This document shows, piece after piece, positions 38,271 to 47,666 of a stretch of DNA of 64,000 nt. Every line of letters begins with the position of its first letter. The first letter of the stretch is position 1. The translations under genes were made by a program, and so were the position numbers. Origin of the DNA: Christensenella sp. UBA6094 (GTDB taxonomy: Bacteria; Bacillota; Clostridia; Christensenellales; UBA6094); assembly GCA_002435915.1 (NCBI GenBank), contig DIWY01000003.1, forward strand, positions 639 through 64,638, in the 5' to 3' direction. The notes beneath the pieces were generated by a model. It had not been told where the DNA came from and ran no database searches. It saw nothing but the letters and a program-made list of their open reading frames with translations.

Positions 38271-40715
38271 ATGGAAAACAGTCAGAAAGTACTTATTATT
38301 GGAGGAGTTGCAGGTGGCGCTTCTGCTGCTGCAAGACTGCGTAGATTGGATGAACGTGCTGAAATAATAATGTTTGAAAGAGGCGAGTATATCTCATTTG
38401 CAAACTGTGGGTTGCCTTATTACATAGGTGGAGAGATAACGGAGAAAACAGCGTTAACACTGCAAACACCTGAGAGTTTTAATGCAAGATTTAACGTAGA
38501 TGTACGCAATTTCAACGAGGTAACTGCAATTGATACACAGGCAAAAACTGTTACTGTTAAAAATGTTAAGACAGGTGAGCAGTATAACGAAAGCTATGAT
38601 AAGTTAATCCTATCCATGGGAGCAGAGCCCATCAAACCAAACATAAAAGGCATTGAATCTAAGAGGGTCTTTACTCTTCGCAATATTCCAGATACTTATA
38701 AGATAAAGGATTATATTGATCAGAATGAACCTAAGAGTGCAGTGGTTGTTGGCGGTGGCTACATTGGCGTTGAAATGGCCGAGAATCTTAAAAGAGCTGG
38801 TCTTGACGTGACAATAGTTGAAATGCTAGACCAAGTTATTGCACCTCTTGACTATGATATGGCGTGTGATGTTCATAAACATATTGAAAGCAATGGTGTT
38901 AAACTGATTTTAGGCAATGCAGTGCAAGCTATCGAGGAAACCGAAAATACATTAAATATTACATTAGGTAACGGTCAAACGAAAGCAGATATGCTTATTA
39001 TGGCTATTGGCGTTAGACCTGAAAGCACTATTGCAAAATCTGCTGGAATTAGTGTTAATGAGCGTGGCGCAATAATAGTAAATGAAAACATGTTAACGTC
39101 TGATCCTAGTGTTTATGCTGTTGGAGATGCAGTTGAGGTAACTGATTTTGTTACTGGGGGAAAAGGATCTATTCCGCTTGCTGGTCCTGCAAATAAGCAG
39201 GGTAGAGTAGCAGCTGATAATATTTGTGGAATAAAGAGTGAATATACCGGGACTCAGGGTTCTGCAATACTTAAAGTATTTGATATGACAGTAGCAACTA
39301 CAGGCATAAACGAAAAGACTGCAAAAAGAGTTGGACTTAATTATGATAAATCATTCACGTATTCAGCATCACATGCAAGTTACTACCCTGGCGCTGTGAA
39401 CATGTCAATTAAGACAATATTTGAAAAAGAAACAGGTAAAATATTAGGTGCGCAAATAGTTGGATATGATGGAGTAGATAAGCGATGCGATGTATTTGCA
39501 ACTGCAATAAGAGCTGGCATGACAGCTTATGACCTTACTAAACTTGAGCTATGCTATGCACCACCATATTCTTCGGCAAAAGATCCAGTCAATATGGCAG
39601 GATTCGTAATTGAAAACTTGCTTGCAGGTAAGGGGAAAAACTTCCATTGGCACGATGTCCAAAACTTACCTCGTGATGGTAGTGTAATACTTTTAGATAC
39701 ACGCACAGATATTGAATATGAAAATGGACATATTGAAGGCTTTATAAATATACCTCTTGATAGCTTGCGTAGTAGGCTTTCTGAGCTTGATCCAAGCAAG
39801 AAAGTGTATACTACTTGTCAAGTAGGGTTGCGCGGATACGTAGGAGCAAGAATTCTTTCGCAAAATGGCTTTGATACCTACAACCTAAGTGGCGGATACC
39901 GCTTATATGATTCGATATTTGGTACAAAAAAGGATAACAATAGTAGTATTGTACTAAATAACGAGACTCAATTGCCTGAAAGTAAAGGCGGAACCATAAA
40001 AATCAATGCATGTGGATTGCAATGTCCTGGTCCGATAGTGAAGCTTGCTGCCGCTCTTAAAGAAGCTCAAGATGGAGATGTAATAGAAATATCGACAACT
40101 GATCCTGCATTTGCATCAGATATTGAAGGCTTTTGCAGAAGAACAGGAAGTACGTTTGAAGGGATGACAAGCTCAAAAGGAGTCTCTGTAGCGCTAGTAA
40201 AAAAGGGCACTGCGACAACAAATACATCTGTTACATCTAATAAATATGATAGCAAAAACTTAATAGTTTTTTCAGGTGATTTGGATAAAGCTATTGCGGC
40301 ATTTATTATTGCAAACGCTGCAGCGGCAATGGGTAGAAAGGTTAGTATGTTCTTCACTTTTTGGGGATTAAATATCCTGCGTAAACCTGAAAAAGTTGAT
40401 GTTAAAAAAGATATTATGGCAAGGATATTTGGCTTTATGATGCCTAGAGGTTCGAAAAAACTCTCGATTTCAAAAATGAACTTTGGCGGCTTTGGAGCTA
40501 AAATGATTAGAAATGTCATGAAAAATAAAAATGTAGATAGCTTGGAAGACCTAATTAAGTTATCAATTGAAAACGGTGTAGAACTTGTTGCCTGTTCCAT
40601 GAGTATGGATGTTATGGGTATACAGCTAGAAGAACTCATTGATGGAGTAAAACTAGGCGGTGCAACGGCAATGCTTTCATTTGCTGAGGAATCAGATATG
40701 TCTCTGTTTATCTAA
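38271..40715 (+). CDS. Four-domain fusion: CoA-disulfide/persulfide reductase (FAD/NAD), rhodanese, TusA/SirA-like and DsrE/DrsE-like
   Basis: Start moved from track position 38154 to ATG 38271 after AAGGAGAG, giving 814 aa. GGVAGGASAA FAD motif. Cys46 in SFANCGLPYY, Cys516 in YTTCQVGLRG (rhodanese loop), Cys585 in GLQCPGP (TusA CPxP), Cys775 in LVACSMSMD (DsrE-like). Confidence 0.85.
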   Translation: MENSQKVLIIGGVAGGASAAARLRRLDERAEIIMFERGEYISFANCGLPYYIGGEITEKTALTLQTPESFNARFNVDVRNFNEVTAIDTQAKTVTVKNVKTGEQYNESYDKLILSMGAEPIKPNIKGIESKRVFTLRNIPDTYKIKDYIDQNEPKSAVVVGGGYIGVEMAENLKRAGLDVTIVEMLDQVIAPLDYDMACDVHKHIESNGVKLILGNAVQAIEETENTLNITLGNGQTKADMLIMAIGVRPESTIAKSAGISVNERGAIIVNENMLTSDPSVYAVGDAVEVTDFVTGGKGSIPLAGPANKQGRVAADNICGIKSEYTGTQGSAILKVFDMTVATTGINEKTAKRVGLNYDKSFTYSASHASYYPGAVNMSIKTIFEKETGKILGAQIVGYDGVDKRCDVFATAIRAGMTAYDLTKLELCYAPPYSSAKDPVNMAGFVIENLLAGKGKNFHWHDVQNLPRDGSVILLDTRTDIEYENGHIEGFINIPLDSLRSRLSELDPSKKVYTTCQVGLRGYVGARILSQNGFDTYNLSGGYRLYDSIFGTKKDNNSSIVLNNETQLPESKGGTIKINACGLQCPGPIVKLAAALKEAQDGDVIEISTTDPAFASDIEGFCRRTGSTFEGMTSSKGVSVALVKKGTATTNTSVTSNKYDSKNLIVFSGDLDKAIAAFIIANAAAAMGRKVSMFFTFWGLNILRKPEKVDVKKDIMARIFGFMMPRGSKKLSISKMNFGGFGAKMIRNVMKNKNVDSLEDLIKLSIENGVELVACSMSMDVMGIQLEELIDGVKLGGATAMLSFAEESDMSLFI

Positions 40716-40728
40716 AATAAACTATAGA

Positions 40729-40760
40729 AAAAGCAACACTACACAGTGTTGCTTTTCTTT
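40729..40760 (+). terminator. Rho-independent terminator
   Basis: AAAAGCAACACT / AGTGTTGCTTTT perfect 12-bp stem with loop ACAC, then a T-rich tail. Confidence 0.9.
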
Positions 40761-40912
40761 GCATTTGAGAGACTAATAAGCAAAAAATATAGTAGTCATT
40801 CAAACATTAACAATTAAAACTTATCTACTTCTATAATTAAATTAATTTTTTTATTTACGGATGACTTAATCGGGGTATACTTATATAAAGAATAAAATTC
40901 GGAGGTAACAAT

Positions 40913-41827
40913 ATGTATGACATACTAATGATTGGTGGCGGCCCAGCAGGTCTTACAGCTGGAATATATGCTTGTAGAGGCGGTTTAAAGGCAGCTGTAC
41001 TTGAAAAAATGTTTGCAGGCGGTCAAGTCGCTACAACATATGAATTAGATAATATACCAGGGTTTAGTGAAACAATAAGCGGCGTAGATTATGCACTGAA
41101 ACTTCAGGATCATGCCGCAAAATTTAATGTGGAAACGATTATGGATGATGTAACTAAAATGGAGCTGGAAGGCGACATAAAAAAAATATATTGTGGAAAT
41201 AAAGTTTATGAGGCAAAAACGGTGGTTCTTGCGATGGGTGCTGTGCCTAGTCCTTTGAATGTTCCTGGAGAAAATCAACTCAGAGGGAAAGGCGTATCTT
41301 ATTGCGCAACATGTGATGGAGCTTTTTTTAGAGATGGTGTTGTAGCCGTTGTTGGTGGCGGAGATGTAGCAGTTGAAGATGCATTATACCTAGCTAGGTT
41401 CTGCAAAAAAGTCTATATAATTCATCGTAGAGATGAGCTCAGAGCTAATAAAACACTCCAAAACAAACTGTTCGCAGAGAAAAAAATCGAACCAATTTGG
41501 AATAGCAAAATTACTAAAATAAACGGACAGGATAAACTTGCTTCAGTAACTATAGAAAACGTTGACGGGACTGGCAGCAGAGAAGTCGAATTAAATGGGC
41601 TTTTTATTGCTGTAGGTAATATTCCTCAATCAGAGGCAGTTAAAGGTCTAATTGATATGGACGAAAAAGGTTCGATTATCACTGACCAAGAAATGAAGAC
41701 AAATATAGCTGGAGTTTTTGCTGCAGGAGATATACGAAAGAAACCATTACGACAAATAATAACTGCTGAAGCAGATGGAGCAACCGCTGCTTTCTGTGCT
41801 GAGCAGTATATTTTGAACAAAGAATAA
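40913..41827 (+). CDS. trxB: Thioredoxin-disulfide reductase
   Basis: GGGPAG FAD motif, redox CATCDG motif, second GGGDVA dinucleotide motif. 304 aa. Confidence 0.92.
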   Translation: MYDILMIGGGPAGLTAGIYACRGGLKAAVLEKMFAGGQVATTYELDNIPGFSETISGVDYALKLQDHAAKFNVETIMDDVTKMELEGDIKKIYCGNKVYEAKTVVLAMGAVPSPLNVPGENQLRGKGVSYCATCDGAFFRDGVVAVVGGGDVAVEDALYLARFCKKVYIIHRRDELRANKTLQNKLFAEKKIEPIWNSKITKINGQDKLASVTIENVDGTGSREVELNGLFIAVGNIPQSEAVKGLIDMDEKGSIITDQEMKTNIAGVFAAGDIRKKPLRQIITAEADGATAAFCAEQYILNKE

Positions 41828-41858
41828 TATAAGAAAAATATACACACAAGCCCTCTAA

Positions 41859-41887
41859 TTGTAAAGAAGTATGATTAATGTTATAAT
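41859..41887 (+). promoter_or_regulatory. Sigma-A type promoter of glmM-glmS (TTGTAA-17-TATAAT)
   Basis: TTGTAA at 41859-41864, a 17-nt spacer, then TATAAT at 41882-41887. Confidence 0.6.
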
Positions 41888-41927
41888 TTATATACTGATC
41901 TATTCTTTATTAGGGGGTATTTTCTTT

Positions 41928-43274
41928 ATGGGAAGGCTTTTCGGGACAGACGGAGTGCGTGGAATAGCGAATGAAAGCTTAGACTGTGATCTTGCGTTTA
42001 AGTTAGGGCAAGCAGGAGCATACGTACTTACAAGTCAATCAAAAAAACCAAGAATCCTCATAGGGAGAGATACACGTATTTCTGGAGACATGCTTGAGGC
42101 GGCTTTGGTTGCGGGTATATGCTCTGTTGGAGCTGAAGCGGAACTTGTTGGTGTAATGCCTACTCCTGCAATTGCGTATCTTACTAGACATTATCAGGCA
42201 GATGCTGGCATAGTCATTTCAGCTTCTCACAATTCAATGGAATACAACGGAATTAAGTTTTTAGATAAAGATGGTTTCAAACTTTCGGACGAAATCGAAA
42301 GTAAAATAGAATCGATTATATTGGATGATATAGAGCAAATTAAACTTCCTACTGGCGTAGATGTAGGAAGAACAGTATCTGTTAAAAAAGCTGCAAAAGA
42401 TTATACTGAATTTCTTCTTTCTACTGCCGAATGTAGGTATGATGGATTGAAAGTTGTTCTTGATTGTGCAAATGGTGCAGCGTATGATATTGCGCCAAAG
42501 ATTTTTGCAGAGCTAGGAGCAAGTGTTTCTTCTTTTTATATTCAACCAGATGGTAGCAATATAAACGAGCATTGTGGATCAACACATCCCGAAAGACTTA
42601 TGCAGATTGTTAAAGAAACAGGAGCAGATGTCGGGTTTGCGTTTGACGGGGATGCAGATAGAGTTTTAGCTATAGATGAGCATGGCGTGCTTGTTGATGG
42701 TGATAAAATTATGGCTGTATGCGCTATATCGATGAGAAATAAAAACAAACTTAAAAACAATACGCTTGTTGCTACAGTTATGAGTAATTTAGGCTTATTT
42801 ATTGCGCTTAATGAAGTGGGCATTAAAGTAGAACAGGCAGCAGTTGGAGACAGATACGTTATTGAACGAATGAAAGAAGGAGGACATGTGCTAGGCGGAG
42901 AACAGTCTGGGCATATTGTCTTTTTAGAACATAATACAACAGGAGATGGCATTCTAACAGCAATACAGCTTTTAGATGTTATGGCGCAAACATCCGAAAA
43001 ACTTTCTGAGCTTACAAGTGTAGTTAAAACATATCCACAAGTTTTAGTTAATGCAAAAGTGGATGAACAAAAAAAACATACTTATATGCAAGATGAAATA
43101 ATAAAAAATGAAATAGAAAGAATAGAAAAAATGTTCCACGGAGAAGGCAGAGTGCTTATTCGGCCTTCAGGAACTGAGCCGTTAGTAAGAGTAATGATAG
43201 AAGCTAAGGATAAAGCAGTAATTAAAAAAGAAGCCGAGCAATTAGCTGAACTTATTGAAAAACGACTTAAATAA
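41928..43274 (+). CDS. glmM: Phosphoglucosamine mutase
   Basis: Start moved from track position 41871 to ATG 41928, giving MGRLFGTDGVRG. Phosphoserine loop SASHNSMEYNGIK. Confidence 0.94.
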   Translation: MGRLFGTDGVRGIANESLDCDLAFKLGQAGAYVLTSQSKKPRILIGRDTRISGDMLEAALVAGICSVGAEAELVGVMPTPAIAYLTRHYQADAGIVISASHNSMEYNGIKFLDKDGFKLSDEIESKIESIILDDIEQIKLPTGVDVGRTVSVKKAAKDYTEFLLSTAECRYDGLKVVLDCANGAAYDIAPKIFAELGASVSSFYIQPDGSNINEHCGSTHPERLMQIVKETGADVGFAFDGDADRVLAIDEHGVLVDGDKIMAVCAISMRNKNKLKNNTLVATVMSNLGLFIALNEVGIKVEQAAVGDRYVIERMKEGGHVLGGEQSGHIVFLEHNTTGDGILTAIQLLDVMAQTSEKLSELTSVVKTYPQVLVNAKVDEQKKHTYMQDEIIKNEIERIEKMFHGEGRVLIRPSGTEPLVRVMIEAKDKAVIKKEAEQLAELIEKRLK

Positions 43275-43297
43275 AACGTAAACGAGGAGGATGCTTT

Positions 43298-45127
43298 ATG
43301 TGTGGTATAGTTGGATATATTGGCGAAAAACAAGCGGTTGATATAATAATTGAGGGACTGTCAAAACTTGAATACAGAGGATACGATTCTGCTGGTGTAG
43401 CTATTTTGGATAACGATGGTGAGCTTAATGTAGAAAAAGCAAAAGGAAGGCTTGCTATATTAGAAGATAGATTGAAAAAACATAATTTACTTGGCAAAAG
43501 GGGCATAGGTCATACTAGATGGGCGACTCATGGTATCCCATCCGATGCTAACGCTCATCCTCATGTAAATGAAAATGGTAATGTAGCCGTTGTCCATAAT
43601 GGAATAATTGAGAACTACCAAGAGATTAAAAAATGGTTACAAGAACAAGGCGTAAATTTTGCTTCCCAGACAGATACAGAGGCAATTGCTCATCTTGTTA
43701 ATTACTACGATAAAGGCGATTTTGTCGCAGCAGTACAAAAAACTGTTGATAGGATTGAAGGTTCGTACGCTTTAGCTATAATATCAAAAAAACACCCAGA
43801 CATGATCATTGCTGTAAGAAAAGATAGCCCACTTATTGTTGGCCTTGGTGAAGGCGAGAATTTCATTGCTTCTGATATACCAGCAATTTTAAAACACACA
43901 AGAGAAGTAGCAGTACTTGAAGATGGAGAAATGGCTGCGCTTACAAAAGAGAACGTTGTTTTTTATAATTCAAAACACAAAGAAATTAAAAAAACTCCTA
44001 TCCATATTGACTGGGATATAACTTCCGCAGAAAAATCGGGATATGAGCATTTCATGATAAAAGAGATACATGAACAACCTAAAGCACTTTTTGACACATT
44101 TATGACTAGAGTTAAAAATGGTCGTATTGATCTTAGCGAAGTTGGGCTTACTCAAGATATGCTAAAAGATATTAATCGCATTTATGTAATTGGGTGTGGA
44201 ACGGCTTACTATGCTGGGCTTGTTGGCAAGAAAGTGTTTGAGAATCTTGCTAAAATTCCTACTGTCGTTGAGATTGCATCTGAATTCAGATATAGCGATG
44301 CAATACTGAACAAAGATGATTTATGCATTATAATTAGTCAATCAGGCGAAACGATCGACACATTAGGGGCAATGAGAGTATGTAAAGCTCAAGGTTGCAA
44401 AACTTTAGCTATTACAAACGTGCTTGGTAGTACTATTTCAAGAGAAGTTGACGCAGTACTTTATACTGTTGCAGGACCTGAAATAGCTGTTGCTTCAACT
44501 AAAGCTTATCTTACACAGCTAATGGCAGTTAATATGATAGCGTTGGAATTAAGCTATGCAAAAGGAACTATCGATAGCAAGCAATATGAGCAGCTTTTAA
44601 ATGAGCTTCAACAATTACCTGAAAAAGCAAAAAGAGTTATTTCAGAAAAAACAGATATACAAAAATTTGCAGCACTAAATTTTGCGAATAATTCTGTGTT
44701 TTTCTTGGGCAGACAGCTTGATTATCCAATAGCTCTAGAAGGAGCACTTAAGCTTAAAGAGATATCATATATTCACGCTGAGGCCTTCCCAGCTGGCGAA
44801 CTTAAGCACGGACCGATAGCTCTTATAGAAAAGAATACACTTGTTGTAGTTTCAGCCACGCAACATAGAATACTAGAAAAATCACTTTCTAATATGATGG
44901 AAGTAAAAGCTAGAGGCGCAAACGTACTTGCAATATGCAAAGAAAGTGACAAAGAAAAAGTATCAGAAATTGCAAATTGGATATTTACTATTCCAGATGC
45001 TAATGATCTTTTTGCACCGGTTCTTGCAGTAATAATTGTGCAACTTTATGCTTACTATGTATCTGTCGAAAGAGGTTGCGACGTTGACAAGCCTAGAAAT
45101 TTGGCGAAGAGCGTTACTGTAGAATAA
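43298..45127 (+). CDS. glmS: Glutamine-fructose-6-phosphate aminotransferase
   Basis: MCGIVGYIG N-terminal nucleophile, two SIS domains, and the canonical C-terminal ...KSVTVE. Confidence 0.97.
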   Translation: MCGIVGYIGEKQAVDIIIEGLSKLEYRGYDSAGVAILDNDGELNVEKAKGRLAILEDRLKKHNLLGKRGIGHTRWATHGIPSDANAHPHVNENGNVAVVHNGIIENYQEIKKWLQEQGVNFASQTDTEAIAHLVNYYDKGDFVAAVQKTVDRIEGSYALAIISKKHPDMIIAVRKDSPLIVGLGEGENFIASDIPAILKHTREVAVLEDGEMAALTKENVVFYNSKHKEIKKTPIHIDWDITSAEKSGYEHFMIKEIHEQPKALFDTFMTRVKNGRIDLSEVGLTQDMLKDINRIYVIGCGTAYYAGLVGKKVFENLAKIPTVVEIASEFRYSDAILNKDDLCIIISQSGETIDTLGAMRVCKAQGCKTLAITNVLGSTISREVDAVLYTVAGPEIAVASTKAYLTQLMAVNMIALELSYAKGTIDSKQYEQLLNELQQLPEKAKRVISEKTDIQKFAALNFANNSVFFLGRQLDYPIALEGALKLKEISYIHAEAFPAGELKHGPIALIEKNTLVVVSATQHRILEKSLSNMMEVKARGANVLAICKESDKEKVSEIANWIFTIPDANDLFAPVLAVIIVQLYAYYVSVERGCDVDKPRNLAKSVTVE

Positions 45128-45143
45128 AAAACTTTTAATAAAA

Positions 45144-45173
45144 TTGATTAAATCATGATTTTTATGGTATATA
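45144..45173 (+). promoter_or_regulatory. Promoter (TTGATT-18-TG-n-TATATA) with an overlapping AT-rich palindrome; candidate Fur/PerR-type operator
   Basis: TTGATT at 45144-45149 and an extended -10 TGGTATATA at 45165-45173. Palindromes TGATTAAATCA (45145-45155) and AATCATGATT (45151-45160) overlap the -35 box and spacer. Confidence 0.45.
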
Positions 45174-45234
45174 TAATCTAACGATACATTATTAAAATAG
45201 TAATCAATTATAGATATTTATAGGAGGTAAAGTC

Positions 45235-45783
45235 ATGAGAAAATGGGTTTGTACAGTATGCGGTTATGTATATGAAGGTGAAGAACCACCAGTAAAGTGT
45301 CCACAGTGTGGTGCGCCAAAAGAGAAGTTTATTGAAAAAGTAGAAAAAGAGCGTTTTTGGGCTGACGAACATAGAGTAGGTATTGCACAAGGTGTTGACG
45401 AAAGTATAATTCAAGGATTACGCGAAAATTTCACAGGCGAGTGTACTGAAATAGGTATGTATCTTGCTATGAGCCGCGTTGCAGATAGAGAAGGCTTCCC
45501 AGAAGTTGCAGAAGCATATAAGAGAATCGCTTATGAAGAAGCAGAACATGCAGCGAAATTTGCTGAGCTCCTTGGTGAAGTAGTAACAGATAGCACAAAG
45601 AAGAACTTATCAATGCGTGTAGATGCTGAATATGGTGCAGCGGAGGGCAAACTTGCATTAGCTAAAAAAGCTAAAGAGTTAAATCTTGATGCTATCCATG
45701 ATACAGTTCATGAGATGTGCAAAGACGAAGCGCGTCATGGCAAAGCATTCTTGGGTCTACTTGAAAGATATTTCAAAAACTAA
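45235..45783 (+). CDS. Reverse rubrerythrin (N-terminal rubredoxin, C-terminal ferritin-like diiron domain)
   Basis: N-terminal CTVCGY...CPQCG rubredoxin motif. Diiron ExxH motifs ([19 protein letters not shown]). Confidence 0.9.
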   Translation: MRKWVCTVCGYVYEGEEPPVKCPQCGAPKEKFIEKVEKERFWADEHRVGIAQGVDESIIQGLRENFTGECTEIGMYLAMSRVADREGFPEVAEAYKRIAYEEAEHAAKFAELLGEVVTDSTKKNLSMRVDAEYGAAEGKLALAKKAKELNLDAIHDTVHEMCKDEARHGKAFLGLLERYFKN

Positions 45784-45810
45784 TTAAGAATAAACGTTAA
45801 TAGTTTATGA

Positions 45811-45845
45811 ACAGGATATTAGCGCAAGCTTATATTCTGTTTTTA
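45811..45845 (+). terminator. Rho-independent terminator
   Basis: ACAGGATAT / ATATTCTGT stem (one G-T wobble), then TTTTT. Confidence 0.7.
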
Positions 45846-45967
45846 TATTTAGCTATGTATATGCTGCAATTGATCTGCGGCACAATAAATGGTAATATTT
45901 AGTAAAATATAATTATTAAATTGCAATGAAGGCTAACATTTATATAGCAGATAATAGAGGGACTAAA

Positions 45968-46231
45968 ATGATTACTATTTTTAACATGAAAGAGTTGTGT
46001 ATTACTTATTCGATGAAAGAGCAAAGTGAAATTAGAGACGCACTTTCTAAAAACAATATAGATTATAAAATTAGAACGATCAATAGAATGGCACCTTCAC
46101 CTTTATCTAGTGGTCAAAGGGGTAGGGTTGGTTCTTTTGGTCAAAATATGGACTTGAACTATGAATATATTTTTTATGTGCAAAAAAAAGAGTATGATCA
46201 TGCAAAGTTTGTTATTGGGAATAAAAGTTGA
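45968..46231 (+). CDS. Hypothetical protein (87 aa)
   Basis: The track ORF starts at 45926. ATG 45968 follows AGAGGGA. I do not recognise the family. Confidence 0.45.
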   Translation: MITIFNMKELCITYSMKEQSEIRDALSKNNIDYKIRTINRMAPSPLSSGQRGRVGSFGQNMDLNYEYIFYVQKKEYDHAKFVIGNKS

Positions 46232-46278
46232 CTGAGCCTTAAATAGTGAGACATGTTTCATATTTTACCTAAAAAAAT

Positions 46279-46318
46279 AAAAAGCAGTATGTTTACTTTG
46301 TATACCATACTGCTTTTT
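46279..46318. terminator. Bidirectional rho-independent terminator between convergent genes
   Basis: AAAAAGCAGTATG / CATACTGCTTTTT perfect 13-bp stem, flanked by an A-run on the left and a T-run on the right. Confidence 0.88.
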
Positions 46319-46364
46319 TATATATTGCTAATACTTTTTCTACCCTGATCTGTATTTGATTGAA

Positions 46365-46862
46365 TTAATACATATCAGTGATTTCTGCGTAAAACATCGT
46401 ATGAACATCTTCTGCATTAAATCCACCATAAAAAGATTTTTTAGCTTCCTCTGGCAGTGTGTTTGGATCTAGAGGTTGAGAGTATACTACTTTGCACTCA
46501 ATAGTAAAATCCGCCTCTTTAATTACAGGTGTACTATTTGTTTTGGAAGGAATATATGTTATGCCAGCTATGTTGCGTTTGTCTATATTCCTGCCAGATT
46601 TTGTTCCAACAATCATAAGCTGCTCATTAAGTGCTCCCTTAGTAAAACAAACATTAAATTCAGGCTTTTCTTGTAAAAAAGAATACGTATATCTTGATGG
46701 CCTAATTGCTGCTATAAACATTGGTTTTGACCATAAATAACCAATCATACCCCAACCAATATTCATTACATTTAGTTTGTTTTCATCACCAGTTAAGAAG
46801 AAGGCTCCTTTATTATCAAGTAAATCAAGGATATCAGCGCCTATTAGTTCCATGTTAACCAT
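46365..46862 (-). CDS. Flavin reductase-like domain protein
   Basis: 165 aa with AAGGAG RBS 8 nt upstream on the minus strand. NVMNIGWGMIG...IRPSRYTY pattern typical of the FMN-binding split barrel. Confidence 0.65.
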   Translation of the reverse strand: MVNMELIGADILDLLDNKGAFFLTGDENKLNVMNIGWGMIGYLWSKPMFIAAIRPSRYTYSFLQEKPEFNVCFTKGALNEQLMIVGTKSGRNIDKRNIAGITYIPSKTNSTPVIKEADFTIECKVVYSQPLDPNTLPEEAKKSFYGGFNAEDVHTMFYAEITDMY

Positions 46863-46930
46863 TTATTCCACTCCTTAAAGTATTATATAGATATAATACC
46901 ATTAATTACAAAATAAAAAACAATAAAAAC

Positions 46931-46965
46931 GAAAAAATAAGAGCCGAAATAAATATTCGGCTCTT
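46931..46965 (-). terminator. Rho-independent terminator (minus strand) of the DUF378 gene
   Basis: AAGAGCCGAA / TTCGGCTCTT 10-bp stem. The minus-strand T-run is the complement of GAAAAAAT at 46931-46938. Confidence 0.8.
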
Positions 46966-46991
46966 GGATAATAGCGTATAAATTATATAAA

Positions 46992-47189
46992 TTAATCTAC
47001 ATGTTCTCTTTCTCTAAATAATAATGTAATGCTCCATAGACCGGCAAAACCAATAATGGAATATATAATTCGGCTTAACATACTTGCCTGACCATTAAAG
47101 AGTGCTGCTACTAGGTCAAATTGAAAAAGACCAATAAAACCCCAATTTAGAGCTCCAATAATAACGAGAACTAGTGCAAATTTATCCAA
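46992..47189 (-). CDS. DUF378-family small membrane protein
   Basis: LVIIGALNWGFIGLF motif. The track start (47198) abuts the GGAG, so I prefer the TTG at 47189, which has 9-nt spacing. Confidence 0.75.
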   Translation of the reverse strand: MDKFALVLVIIGALNWGFIGLFQFDLVAALFNGQASMLSRIIYSIIGFAGLWSITLLFREREHVD

Positions 47190-47249
47190 TACTATCAACT
47201 CCTTTTTTATATTATCTCTATTAATATTTCAAGTTGATAGTGATTTTAT

Positions 47250-47519
47250 TCATTTTTTCTTTTCAATGTCATAAATTTCGATTTCAAACGAATCAAAATT
47301 TACTGGTTCTATGAAATCATGCGCTCTAAATACAGTTCTGTTAAATTTTTTCAGTTCGTCTTTATGTTTTGTTAAAATAACAGGTACACTCAAGTCAAAA
47401 GTAGCACATATTTCTTCTAATCCAGAAACAAGAGCCACTTCGCCTTTTGGCACTTCTATTTCAATAACGTGATCTTTTATGATCTTGTGGTTTTTTCTGA
47501 TTATTCCCCATAACTTCAA
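47250..47519 (-). CDS. Hypothetical protein (89 aa)
   Basis: TTG start with GAGGT RBS 7 nt upstream on the minus strand. Family not recognised. Confidence 0.5.
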   Translation of the reverse strand: MKLWGIIRKNHKIIKDHVIEIEVPKGEVALVSGLEEICATFDLSVPVILTKHKDELKKFNRTVFRAHDFIEPVNFDSFEIEIYDIEKKK

Positions 47520-47666
47520 TTGTGTTACCTCGCAAAGCTTAATTTATTGGTACTTAGACATATAGGAATTATTTTTTTTTTGTGTTAGAATATATTATAT
47601 ATCATTCCAATGATAATAAAAGCAAAAAGCTTTTTATTTTTATAGTTTTATTGAGGAGGCAAAGCA

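Noticed and set aside
41828-43297. Looked for a glmS ribozyme, which precedes glmS in many Firmicutes.
   Set aside because: Only 23 nt separate glmM from glmS. The ~100 nt upstream of glmM contains just a promoter and RBS, so there is no room for the ~170-nt ribozyme. glmS appears to be co-transcribed with glmM. The absence is noted but not pursued as a discovery.
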